Positions 19,259 to 28,614 of a stretch of DNA of 64,000 bases are shown in pieces. Position 1 is the first letter of the stretch, and the number at the start of each line of letters is the position of its first letter. The position numbers were made by a program, and so were the translations under genes. The DNA is taken from positions 1-64,000 of the IMG/VR virus record IMGVR_UViG_3300043786_000977. One strand, 5' to 3'. The notes beneath the pieces are model-generated. The model was not told the DNA's origin, searched no databases, and saw only the letters and a list, made by a program, of their open reading frames with translations.

Positions 19259-20038
19259 ATGGAATCACCAATCGAACACAAGTTGAAGGATAGACTACGT
19301 GAAGCGCAGGACAGCGGTAAGCTGTCATTACGCAGCAGTGATCTGGGTAGCGCGAAAGCGACTACATCAGACGCGGGCGCGCCATTGGGTCCGGTAACGA
19401 CCGCGGTACCGCCCCAGGCCAACAACGATCCGTTGATCAATAGAGCAATCCAGTCCGGTGGTCAGGCGTTGACCGAGGCAAACGCCGTCGTGGATGGCGT
19501 CATCAAGGATTCGAATCCTAGTGACATCGCGACCACGATGCTAGGCGACGATATGCAGGTAACAATAACCGACGAGGACCGTAACACCTTTCTCGATGCA
19601 CTCGTCTCCGGTGAACGCTATATCCGCAGGTTCAGTCTCTTTGACGGGCGCGTGAAGGGTAAACTGCGCTGCCGGTCTACGGAAGAGAGCGAGGCGATTG
19701 CGTCCTGGTTTAATCACGGTTTGCGTGAAGCCAAATGGAAGTCACCGCTGGAGTATGCGATCGCACTGCGTAACGGGTTACTCGCTTCACAGGTGCTTGA
19801 GTTGAATGGTGTACGTTACCCTACGTTGGCAACGCCACTTTATCGGACACCAGATCCTGCTGCGCCTGATAAGTATATCGACCCAGGTTGGTTGGCTACG
19901 GCTGCAGTGTGGTCACAGAAACCAGAGCCCGTAGTTGCCGCGATATACGAAGAGTTACGGCGCTTCGAACGTAAATACTGGACGATGGTCTCTAACGCAA
20001 CTGATCAAAATTTCTGGCATCCCGCAGAATCTACTTAA
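19259..20038 (+). CDS. Tail assembly chaperone (gpG-like)
   Basis: Lies two ORFs before the tape measure gene; slippery heptamer near its 3' end. Confidence 0.6.
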   Translation: MESPIEHKLKDRLREAQDSGKLSLRSSDLGSAKATTSDAGAPLGPVTTAVPPQANNDPLINRAIQSGGQALTEANAVVDGVIKDSNPSDIATTMLGDDMQVTITDEDRNTFLDALVSGERYIRRFSLFDGRVKGKLRCRSTEESEAIASWFNHGLREAKWKSPLEYAIALRNGLLASQVLELNGVRYPTLATPLYRTPDPAAPDKYIDPGWLATAAVWSQKPEPVVAAIYEELRRFERKYWTMVSNATDQNFWHPAEST

Positions 20039-20436
20039 CGGTAGCGACTCGTCTGCGGGGTGGGTACCCGATCGACAATAACGAATATCCGCATACGGTC
20101 TTAACGGAAGCGTTGCGGATGGATGTTCTGGAGTCTGAGCATCTGTTGCAGGCCCGGTTAGCCAATACCGTGGCCATGGCCGCATTGCATGCCAGCCCGG
20201 AGGCTGATGTAAGAAAGGGTGCAGAAATAGTCGGGAGGTTGTATACTACAGCGTTGGATTCAATTCCGTATATTCAGACAGGGAGCAGTGAAGGTCAGAC
20301 GCAGGGTACCAATGATCGGGAAGCTGCTATCAATAGATATAAGGAATTGCGCGATACGTTGGAGCAGGAGCGCCAGAAGATAGATCAGGACATGCGGAGT
20401 AAGTCGCAGAAGAAACCAGGTAAATTAGACGTGTGA
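20005..20436 (+). CDS. Frameshift extension of the tail chaperone (gpT-like part of gpGT)
   Basis: The -1 frame is open from 20005 to 20436 (KFLASRRIYLTVATRLRGGYP...) and has no convincing own RBS/start. Confidence 0.65.
   Translation, partial: SKFLASRRIYLTVATRLRGGYPIDNNEYPHTVLTEALRMDVLESEHLLQARLANTVAMAALHASPEADVRKGAEIVGRLYTTALDSIPYIQTGSSEGQTQGTNDREAAINRYKELRDTLEQERQKIDQDMRSKSQKKPGKLDV
20008..20062 (+). promoter_or_regulatory. Programmed -1 ribosomal frameshift signal
   Basis: A_AAT_TTC (X_XXY_YYZ) in the chaperone frame at 20008-20014, followed by hairpin catcccgcaga...tctgcggggtg (20018-20062). Confidence 0.7.
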
Positions 20437-20452
20437 TTGGTGGAAATAAGCA

Positions 20453-23400
20453 ATGAATGAGGGATCTAACAATCAACTAGTGGGGGCCTTAGCACAACTG
20501 CTGGGCGTTGCTGCACCCATATCGGTTATGCCGCGTCTTGGTAATACGATGCATACGGCCGTAACACAACCAGCGGGCCTGCCCGAACAAATACGCGCCA
20601 TGGCAGGTCCGCTGCTGGCCTCCCAGGTACTGGGGATGCGTAACCCGACTACACTCATGCGCGTTGCCCCGGGGCAGGGCGTCGGTGAAGCTTATTACGC
20701 ACATGAGTCGACTACAAAAGCGTGGCAGATGGTACAGAATGAAGCCATGTACAATATGTCCAGGGGATTCGGGAAAGAGTTCAGCCGTACTGCCGAACGC
20801 ATGGGTATTCCGCAGATGCTCGGTATCGATCCTCGAGCGTTCCATGATACTATCAACAAAGGAACATCAACATCAGCAGGTGCCATGCTTGCCTCACAGA
20901 TGATGTCCCTTCCCGGGGTTAATGCACTTATGGGCGGTAATCCGATGGCCGCTTACCAGCAGGTCTTTGCTAAACGGTCGGCGTTCGCCGATCAGTGGGG
21001 TTCTATGGCAAACCCAGCTGACAAAGGTCGCCAGGAGTATGCCCGTCAGATATCGACGGATATAACGAACTCGTTGGAAATGGCGATTCGTGGAACGCCC
21101 GGCGGTGGGTTTGGCTTAAGTCAGAACTTCGGGTTCACCCGTGGAATGCGCGACGAAGACATGGCAGCGGTCATGGTGCGTATGAGTGAGGGCGGTGCCT
21201 TTGGTGATACTGGTTTACGCATGCGGATAGCCCAGGAAGCAGATATGCAGGAAGCCATTGACAATGGGGTGAGTCCTGAGGACGCAGTAGCACGCCACGG
21301 TCCCCGTTACATGCAGGAACAGGAACGTATAACCCAACATGTCGGCACGGCTAATAAAGTATTTGAGACACTGGGTGATATTATGGGTTCGCGTGATATG
21401 GCGCAACTCATGCAGACGATGGACGACCTTACGGGTAGCCAGTGGGAGTCAATGGATCCCCAAACGCTCAGCAAACTGAATGCCAACTTGCGTGATATGC
21501 AGGCAACGGCCCAGGTACTAAACGTAAGCAACACAGAGATGCTCGGGGCGGTACAGTCCATGCAACGGACGATGCAAGGTGCCACAGGGGTCACCGCCAA
21601 CCAGATTGCCATGGGTATGACTGGTGGTGGGTATGGGGATGCAGCCGCAGCGATCAATATGACACAACACGCGTATGCGGTTGCACAGGCGAATGGCGTG
21701 CGCAGTGCGGCTGGGATTGACCGCGTTGCCACGCAGCAGGCCGGGTTAATGGCGATTGGGCTAGACTCAAGCGCGGGCAAATCGGCGCGACTTGTTGAGT
21801 ATCTGAATCAGCAAGGTATGATTGATCCCGAACTGTATAAGCAGGCTGTCGGTGCGCTATCTACAGGGACGCAAGGACAACGCAACGGTATGGTCAATGC
21901 AGTGTTGGAACGTGCTTTCGGTAGTGTTGCCGAAGGTAGAAAGATGATCGACGATCCATACTTTATGCAGATGATGCGTGAGAACACGAGTTCCGAGTCT
22001 GCACAGAGAGCTATGACAACGATTCGTGACGGACAAGCGACTGAATGGGGTCAGCGTGTGCTTACACAACAATGGCGTGGTCTGGGTCGTTATGTTACAG
22101 GTATGCAGAAACAGGCCGGAATGTCTCACGCAGTAGACCCGCAAATTGTTGCCAAAGAATCGTACGAGATAACGAAAGGTTTCCTAGCGCGGCAATCTAT
22201 GGAGGATGTGCCCGACTCAGCAAGACGGTTGGCACAAAAGGTGTATGATGACGCCATTGCCTCCGATAAGACACCACAACAGGCTTACGCAGCAATGCGT
22301 AGTTACATTAAAAGTGACCCCGGTCTGAGTCGGTATGCCCAAGATATTGCAAACGAAGTAAGCATGGCGACCACGGCGCTCGGCGTGACCAATATGAATA
22401 ATCAGTTAACACCTGGTAAGCAATTGGTGACTACGTTGAGCCAACTGAGTAACTGGGACTTCGAGAAACGGCTGACGGATAGTCAGAAACAAGAACTTGG
22501 AGCGATTCGTAAACTAGGCCGGACGGATCCGAACGCGGCAGCACCACAACTAGAGGCTTTCCTAGAACGATCAGAAATTAAGAGTAAGTTAGATACTGAT
22601 GAACAGGACCAGATCAAGGCGCAACGTGACAAGGTCAAACTTGATACCGATAAGACCGTGGCTTTTGCAGGTGCAAAACATGCAGCAATAACACGTATCA
22701 CAGCCGGGTTAGACACGGGTATGAATATCTCTGACATTCAGACTGCAAATACACGCTACGGTGCAGCGCTTGATACTTACATGCAGGATATAAAGGAGAA
22801 TAACAAGGCTCAGGGTGAAGCTAAGTTCAAAGCTACATTAGGCAGTGTCGCAGGTATGTTCGATCCCGCAGAGTTACAGACCGCAGTACAGATGGCAGCT
22901 AGCGGTAATTTAGCGCAACTAGAGGAAGCACGGAAGCGTCAGAGTGTGATCGAAGCGCATGATATGATCAGTGTTGCGGCCGCGGCTAAGGATCGTAATC
23001 TACAAATCGACTTAACGAGGGGCGTCGGTGACAAGGACCGTGCTCAGCTGGCTCCGGAGCGTCTACGCGCACAGACCTACAGTGTGGGACTGTGGAATCA
23101 AAGGATGGCTGATAACCCTGCTTTACAGAATTTACGGAAAACTTTTTCGCAGACAGCCGTAGACTTTGCACAAGGCAAGACGGGCCTTGCTGGTCTGTTT
23201 GGTGTTAGAGAAGGTGCCCCGTTGGTGCAGGATGAGGCGGTAAACAAGGAGCTCGCCGCATACCGTAAGCAGATGGGCCTGGATGAGTTCGAGCAAGGTA
23301 TAGAGGCGGCGCAGAAGAAGACTGGGGCGGCCATTGCCGCGTTTGATGCACTAAAAATGACGGATACTGCTAATGTTGCAATAACTGAGCGTATGCAGCG

Positions 23401-24136
23401 GGACTTCGACGCAGCAGCACAACAAGGTAAACTTAAGACACAGGCGGATTTCGATCAGTTCCTCGCACATGATGCATATAAAGGGGTCAGTGACGAGGCC
23501 AAGAACGCACTCGGCGGGGTGTGGCAAGGGTACAGCGACGAGGGCAAGTTACACGACGAGTACGCGAAACGTATGTCCGATGTCGTGGATACCAAGAATT
23601 TTAAGGCATTCGAGAAACGCCTTACGGCAACCCGCACACGGGAAGCGAGGCAGGCCGCCCGTGAAGTCCAAGATGTCATGACCAATGCCACGGATGCCGG
23701 ACTCGAAGGTTTGTTCGATATTAAGAAAGGTGAACTCAGTAGTAGCCAGCAGAGAGTGTTGGATAAAGCATTACCTGCTTTCGCACCCAAATCATCCGGT
23801 GTGTACAATAGCAAAGAACTCCTGGAGGCAGCCGTACAAGAGTTTACGGATCCGGTGACCGGTAAACCCATGACGCGTGAAGAGGTGGCGGATAAGTACC
23901 GTAAAGGTAAGATGTCCAAGGAGCAATTTGAGGCTTACGGACGTGTAAACGATGTACTAGAATCTGTAGATCGGAAGCGGCGTGACACACGTGAAGCCGC
24001 GGTTGACAAGATGGCCGGTCGTGAACCCGGGCAGGGTAGAGGTGGTCGCGGTGACAGTATTAAAGGTACCCTGCAACTCGTAGATAAGAAGGGTCAACCT
24101 CTCGGTAACGTGAATATGGATGCTGAATATGAATAG
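20453..24136 (+). CDS. Tape measure protein (inferred)
   Basis: 1227 aa, Ala/Gln/Met-rich helical, directly after the chaperone pair. Confidence 0.7.
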   Translation: MNEGSNNQLVGALAQLLGVAAPISVMPRLGNTMHTAVTQPAGLPEQIRAMAGPLLASQVLGMRNPTTLMRVAPGQGVGEAYYAHESTTKAWQMVQNEAMYNMSRGFGKEFSRTAERMGIPQMLGIDPRAFHDTINKGTSTSAGAMLASQMMSLPGVNALMGGNPMAAYQQVFAKRSAFADQWGSMANPADKGRQEYARQISTDITNSLEMAIRGTPGGGFGLSQNFGFTRGMRDEDMAAVMVRMSEGGAFGDTGLRMRIAQEADMQEAIDNGVSPEDAVARHGPRYMQEQERITQHVGTANKVFETLGDIMGSRDMAQLMQTMDDLTGSQWESMDPQTLSKLNANLRDMQATAQVLNVSNTEMLGAVQSMQRTMQGATGVTANQIAMGMTGGGYGDAAAAINMTQHAYAVAQANGVRSAAGIDRVATQQAGLMAIGLDSSAGKSARLVEYLNQQGMIDPELYKQAVGALSTGTQGQRNGMVNAVLERAFGSVAEGRKMIDDPYFMQMMRENTSSESAQRAMTTIRDGQATEWGQRVLTQQWRGLGRYVTGMQKQAGMSHAVDPQIVAKESYEITKGFLARQSMEDVPDSARRLAQKVYDDAIASDKTPQQAYAAMRSYIKSDPGLSRYAQDIANEVSMATTALGVTNMNNQLTPGKQLVTTLSQLSNWDFEKRLTDSQKQELGAIRKLGRTDPNAAAPQLEAFLERSEIKSKLDTDEQDQIKAQRDKVKLDTDKTVAFAGAKHAAITRITAGLDTGMNISDIQTANTRYGAALDTYMQDIKENNKAQGEAKFKATLGSVAGMFDPAELQTAVQMAASGNLAQLEEARKRQSVIEAHDMISVAAAAKDRNLQIDLTRGVGDKDRAQLAPERLRAQTYSVGLWNQRMADNPALQNLRKTFSQTAVDFAQGKTGLAGLFGVREGAPLVQDEAVNKELAAYRKQMGLDEFEQGIEAAQKKTGAAIAAFDALKMTDTANVAITERMQRDFDAAAQQGKLKTQADFDQFLAHDAYKGVSDEAKNALGGVWQGYSDEGKLHDEYAKRMSDVVDTKNFKAFEKRLTATRTREARQAAREVQDVMTNATDAGLEGLFDIKKGELSSSQQRVLDKALPAFAPKSSGVYNSKELLEAAVQEFTDPVTGKPMTREEVADKYRKGKMSKEQFEAYGRVNDVLESVDRKRRDTREAAVDKMAGREPGQGRGGRGDSIKGTLQLVDKKGQPLGNVNMDAEYE

Positions 24137-24145
24137 GAGCCAGTT

Positions 24146-24688
24146 ATGTTAGTGTTTGGTACAGGAACCACATCCCGCGGCTGTCATCGTGAATGGATGC
24201 AGGGCTACGTCATTGGGCGTGGTGCGTTCCTTTCGTTACCTGACGGTCAGATATACCCAACGGTTGCTGGCAGCGGGAGCGGGAGTGGCAGCAGCGGCGT
24301 GGGTCCGTGGGCAGTTGACACGGGCTCAGAGTTCTTCATCACCGGCGTAACGTTCGCACAGAAGGAAAAGTACCATATCGTGCAGTGTTTCAACGATCGC
24401 AACTATACCTATGCATTTGGGCATGATCCGCTAGCCAGTTTGGTTGAAGTACAGTTTACTGTATTCCTGGTTAACGGTGATAATGATTTCGGTTCTGCGG
24501 TTCAAACACTTGTGGCAGCCTATAAGGCGAATCGACTGAGTGCAAGGCCAGAGTACGCTACTCTAACACTTGGCAAACTGTGCGTGCAAGGTTTCGTCGT
24601 AGGTATGCAAACGGGTACCATGGACCCACACTTCCAGACACAGTCATACACCGTATTTTTACTACTTGTCGAGGCCCAAGATGGTTAA
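24146..24688 (+). CDS. Putative tail-tube initiator/baseplate protein
   Basis: 180 aa after the tape measure gene; tube-like beta pattern; AGGAG RBS. Confidence 0.4.
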   Translation: MLVFGTGTTSRGCHREWMQGYVIGRGAFLSLPDGQIYPTVAGSGSGSGSSGVGPWAVDTGSEFFITGVTFAQKEKYHIVQCFNDRNYTYAFGHDPLASLVEVQFTVFLVNGDNDFGSAVQTLVAAYKANRLSARPEYATLTLGKLCVQGFVVGMQTGTMDPHFQTQSYTVFLLLVEAQDG

Positions 24689-25187
24689 TCACATTCGCAC
24701 ACTACTTCTAAATCGCCGAGCTAATGCTGTCACGTCTACGATATTCATTCCGCCTACGTTTCGCCAGATCGTGATACCGAGTCAGTTTGTAGCGTTGGAA
24801 TCAATACTGTATCCAGGCGGTTTGACCGTGACAGAACGTGGCGCCGTGACAGATAACTATGTAACCCTTTTGCATATGGGTGAACTGGAGCCGTACACAT
24901 GTCGCTTCGATGCGCGGGTCACTTATCGTGATACGCCTGATGGGACTTTGATGACATTATGCCGTACAACGGTACCTGATCGTGTAACGATCACGTCGGC
25001 ATTGGCACGACTCAACAGATTACCTCTGGTGACGGGTGCAACACTATTCGCGTGGCCGGAGTATGAACAGGATATGTTGGATTTTGCATCGATATGGAAC
25101 CGCTCGACGGAGGGCGCCTTGCGTCTCGGGGCATTACTGTTGAGTTTCGCATACCAATTAGAACGAGTACGGCGAGGTAACACCTAA
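24681..25187 (+). CDS. Hypothetical protein (baseplate module)
   Basis: ATG at 24681 after GAGG; TAATG coupling to the next gene. Confidence 0.65.
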   Translation: MVNHIRTLLLNRRANAVTSTIFIPPTFRQIVIPSQFVALESILYPGGLTVTERGAVTDNYVTLLHMGELEPYTCRFDARVTYRDTPDGTLMTLCRTTVPDRVTITSALARLNRLPLVTGATLFAWPEYEQDMLDFASIWNRSTEGALRLGALLLSFAYQLERVRRGNT

Positions 25188-27004
25188 TGCCTATACCATC
25201 CACACCGGCTGCAGTACTACGCGACACATATGTGTGTCGTGATATTACACTATCCCTTACCAGAACTGGTGATGGTTGGATGCCACCAGTTGCGTCCGTG
25301 ACTATTGAGTTGACGGAGCAGGCGATCCCGCGTGCATTTCTTACCGTGGATCCGTCACACACTGAGCTGGTTAGCGGTGTCACACCGGCTGGCCTAGGTA
25401 CAATGTATAATTTAAAACAGGATCACGACCGTGCGCAGCAATTTGCATCGGATCCGACTGCGCGGGCTATTGTATCTATTAGTCTGACTAACACTGCCGG
25501 TGGCTTGGAACAAAAAGTAAAACTAGAGGATTGGTTAGTCGTAGCTGTTGGAATTACGGGACTGGCTGCAACAGGTCAGTTTGCGCTGGAAGTCGAACTG
25601 CAACATCCGGTTGGTTTGTTAGATCGTTCGACAGCGGCGTTGGGTAATCAACATGCGGAACCCAAATGGGAACACGCCAACTACGGTAACATTGTTACTG
25701 GATTATCAGAGGCATTAAGTGCCCACGCTAAAGAAGATCGCGTAGGCCCTGTTAACAAGGATACGGCGTGCATCGACGCCGATGGTTCGGTCACTGAAGC
25801 GTACGAAAGAGTCCAGACGAATTTAGAGGCCCAAGCAAAGCTAATACCAGAGTATCTGGAGTGGGTCGACAGTTGGCCTGCGAATGATCCTGGTTATTCA
25901 AAGTGGCCTTTTGAAGACACCTGTTATAAGAATGAATCAGATCTTAAGGACTGTGTGAAATATGCGCTGACTGCTTATTCCCAATCCCTAGAACGGATGA
26001 GCATATGGAACATATTCGCTGGTGCTGTACTCCCTGATTATCAGTTGACTATCATGCCGACATATTGGAAGAAACAACTGCAAGTAACGCCCTATACGCC
26101 CTGGGGTAAGCCGGCGATCGTCATATATGACGACGAGATATCTGATATCAGTTTCCCCGGTGTGGATGCAGCCCCTATAGGCGGTGTTCGTATGAGCTAT
26201 ACCGGGGATCAGGAGTCACCTGATTTAACGTTCTATCGGAAAGACCCAGAATGGGAAAACGCGCAGATATCGACAGAGGTTGTGTATATACCGCCTAGAG
26301 GACGTAAGTGTGAAGAAGCTCTTGGTCGAATACTCCCGGAACGGGCGCCGTCATGGTTCATCACTGCGATGTATTGTGCTGCGGGGAAAACAGGTGACGT
26401 CGAGGGCGCCCACGATACAACAGCACTACAGTCATCCGAGACGAGTGAGGAAGGTGAGAGTCCGAATTCGGGGGCATTACCTCCATTGACTGAGCAACAA
26501 GCAACGGCACTCTACGGAATCTGTAAACAGTATTTCTTGGCCAAGGCGAAGGCGCAAGTAGAGGCTAGTTTCGCTACTCCGTTACTTATCAAGGCCGAAG
26601 GTAGTGCATGGCTTGATAGTGTCAGCACCAGTGGTGGCGGTGGCTGGACTTTACCAGGTTGTGTTGTACGAGTAAAAACGCGTGCGAAGGCCACAAGTAA
26701 CGGGCAGACACCTGAAGTTGTTGTTTTCGATATGTACGTAATGAAGGTGACTCACACGTTGAGCGTGGGTGGACGAACAGCGCGTACAGAGTGGTCAGGG
26801 GGCTATTGTCGTCCGGAGAATGCATTCGATGGGCGCGCTGTTAACGGTACCTGGAATCCGATGTACGATCCGAACCCCACAGGCGCAGATGCTATCGTAG
26901 GTGACGGAGGTTGCGTGCTTGCTGGTGGCGGTGGCGGTGGTGGCGGTCAACAAGGGGGTACCCAACCCCCACAAGGCGGAGCTGTAATACCGATCCTTAT
27001 TTAA
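25187..27004 (+). CDS. Putative baseplate hub protein
   Basis: 605 aa; C-terminal PGCVVRV...MYVMKVTHTL pattern resembles gp27/gpD-type hub proteins; synteny. Confidence 0.4.
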   Translation: MPIPSTPAAVLRDTYVCRDITLSLTRTGDGWMPPVASVTIELTEQAIPRAFLTVDPSHTELVSGVTPAGLGTMYNLKQDHDRAQQFASDPTARAIVSISLTNTAGGLEQKVKLEDWLVVAVGITGLAATGQFALEVELQHPVGLLDRSTAALGNQHAEPKWEHANYGNIVTGLSEALSAHAKEDRVGPVNKDTACIDADGSVTEAYERVQTNLEAQAKLIPEYLEWVDSWPANDPGYSKWPFEDTCYKNESDLKDCVKYALTAYSQSLERMSIWNIFAGAVLPDYQLTIMPTYWKKQLQVTPYTPWGKPAIVIYDDEISDISFPGVDAAPIGGVRMSYTGDQESPDLTFYRKDPEWENAQISTEVVYIPPRGRKCEEALGRILPERAPSWFITAMYCAAGKTGDVEGAHDTTALQSSETSEEGESPNSGALPPLTEQQATALYGICKQYFLAKAKAQVEASFATPLLIKAEGSAWLDSVSTSGGGGWTLPGCVVRVKTRAKATSNGQTPEVVVFDMYVMKVTHTLSVGGRTARTEWSGGYCRPENAFDGRAVNGTWNPMYDPNPTGADAIVGDGGCVLAGGGGGGGGQQGGTQPPQGGAVIPILI

Positions 27005-27022
27005 TTGACGATAGGAGCATTT

Positions 27023-27724
27023 ATGCTTGAATATGACACATGGCAACAATCTCAGACACCTCAAAACCTTGCGCCGCTCATGCAAGCCTTGGATCCCGTG
27101 ATCAACGCTGAGATCCAGCGTTTCACCGGCCCGAAACCACTGCTGCGTGGGCGAGCGCGGGCCTTAGCAGTCAAGGCAATACGCTCGTACGATCCGACAG
27201 CCGGTGCACAATTGAAATCCTGGGTCGTTACCCAACTGCAACCCCTGTCACGTTATACACAGCAACTCAAACCCGTGCACGCGCCTGAGGTAGCCATTCG
27301 TCAGGCAGCTGAGGTGAATAGACAGAGACAGGAACTCAGCGAGGAACTGGGTTACGATCCGAGCTCTGAAGAGTTGGCAGATCAAACAGGATTGTCAGTC
27401 AAACGGATCAATTACGTTCAGAAGATCGTGCGGCCGACGATCGCAGAGGGTAGTATGTCTGAGACGGCCGAAGAGGACAACACGTCCACAGCGCCGGGTG
27501 TGTCTCAGCTGCATAAACTCTCGGTTGTGGAAGAAGCTGTCTTTGATTCGTTAAGTCCACGTGACCAGATGATCTTCGAGTGGAAAACAGGTAAACACGG
27601 TAAAGTGCAGTTAAGCAATCAGGAGATCGCGAAACGCCTGGGCGTAACGCCGGCACTCATAAGCCAACGCAGTCAGCAGATCGCATTACAGATTCAAGCG
27701 TTACATGAGAGAGGGATACTATAA
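27023..27724 (+). CDS. Phage-encoded sigma-70-family RNA polymerase sigma factor (regions 2-4)
   Basis: KAIRSYDPTAGAQLKSWV (region 2), ELSEELGYDPSSEELADQTG (region 3), LSPRDQMIF...SNQEIAKRLGVTPALISQ (region 4 HTH); ATG after AGGAG. Confidence 0.85.
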   Translation: MLEYDTWQQSQTPQNLAPLMQALDPVINAEIQRFTGPKPLLRGRARALAVKAIRSYDPTAGAQLKSWVVTQLQPLSRYTQQLKPVHAPEVAIRQAAEVNRQRQELSEELGYDPSSEELADQTGLSVKRINYVQKIVRPTIAEGSMSETAEEDNTSTAPGVSQLHKLSVVEEAVFDSLSPRDQMIFEWKTGKHGKVQLSNQEIAKRLGVTPALISQRSQQIALQIQALHERGIL

Positions 27725-28107
27725 TGGCCTTCAACAAAGCAATAGGTTGGTTCAAGGCTTATCGACAGAATCGACGTAAGGCATTACGGAACCTGGCCGT
27801 GATGCAATGGTCTACAGCAAATGTCGCGACGTACACCGAGTTGATGCAGGATACCTTCGGTAGTGATACCGAGAATACCGACTGGGACACACGGAAGACC
27901 GGAAACCAATCACACGCCAGCGTACAGAAGGCACGGCTCAAGATTGCATTCCTGGCCGGATGCCGGCATGATCTGCGTAATCAGTTTGCGGTAGCCCGAC
28001 TCCATGAACCTAAGACAATTATCGACTTTGATCGCCACGCGTTTAGTGATACAATCGCTTGCGATTATCGGTTGGCAATGTTAGAACAGGGTGTCGACGA
28101 CACGTAG
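27724..28107 (+). CDS. Hypothetical protein
   Basis: 127 aa, TAATG coupled. Confidence 0.65.
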   Translation: MAFNKAIGWFKAYRQNRRKALRNLAVMQWSTANVATYTELMQDTFGSDTENTDWDTRKTGNQSHASVQKARLKIAFLAGCRHDLRNQFAVARLHEPKTIIDFDRHAFSDTIACDYRLAMLEQGVDDT

Positions 28108-28117
28108 GAGTATTATC

Positions 28118-28612
28118 ATGGGTTTCGTACCAGCTACTGTTGATTATGCATCGCGTCAGGTAGACGTTGAATTGCTGCAGACGATACCGCAGCCCGTCGC
28201 TGAACAACAGGTGTACCTAGGTACTGTAGGGCGCACACCCAAAATTGTGACAGGGATCGAAAAGGTTGTTCAACGGTACGCGTCGCTCTTACTGACGACA
28301 CAAGGCGACGTACGGTTTGACGCCCAAGCTGGTGGTACGATGATTCGGGCGGTCACACAAGGTCTGGTTTCCGATGCAGGTTATCTTACACACCTGTTCA
28401 ATGTAGTTAGTCTGAATACGGTACGCCTGATGCGGCGTGATGACAATGATGAGCGTTTCGGAATACCACCGAATGATGAACGGATCGTAGATGCGTGGTT
28501 AACTAACGTGACTGTTGACTATGATACACTGACCGCGAATTTGACCGTGTTAATCTCAACAGTCGCGGGCGACGCATTCACGTATATCATCCCAGTAAGT
28601 ACAGCGAGGTAA
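28118..28612 (+). CDS. Baseplate wedge protein, gp25/gpW-like
   Basis: VTGIEKVVQR...LLTTQGD..F..GG motif; precedes a J-like gene; ATG 28118 after AGGAG. Confidence 0.6.
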   Translation: MGFVPATVDYASRQVDVELLQTIPQPVAEQQVYLGTVGRTPKIVTGIEKVVQRYASLLLTTQGDVRFDAQAGGTMIRAVTQGLVSDAGYLTHLFNVVSLNTVRLMRRDDNDERFGIPPNDERIVDAWLTNVTVDYDTLTANLTVLISTVAGDAFTYIIPVSTAR

Positions 28613-28614
28613 GT

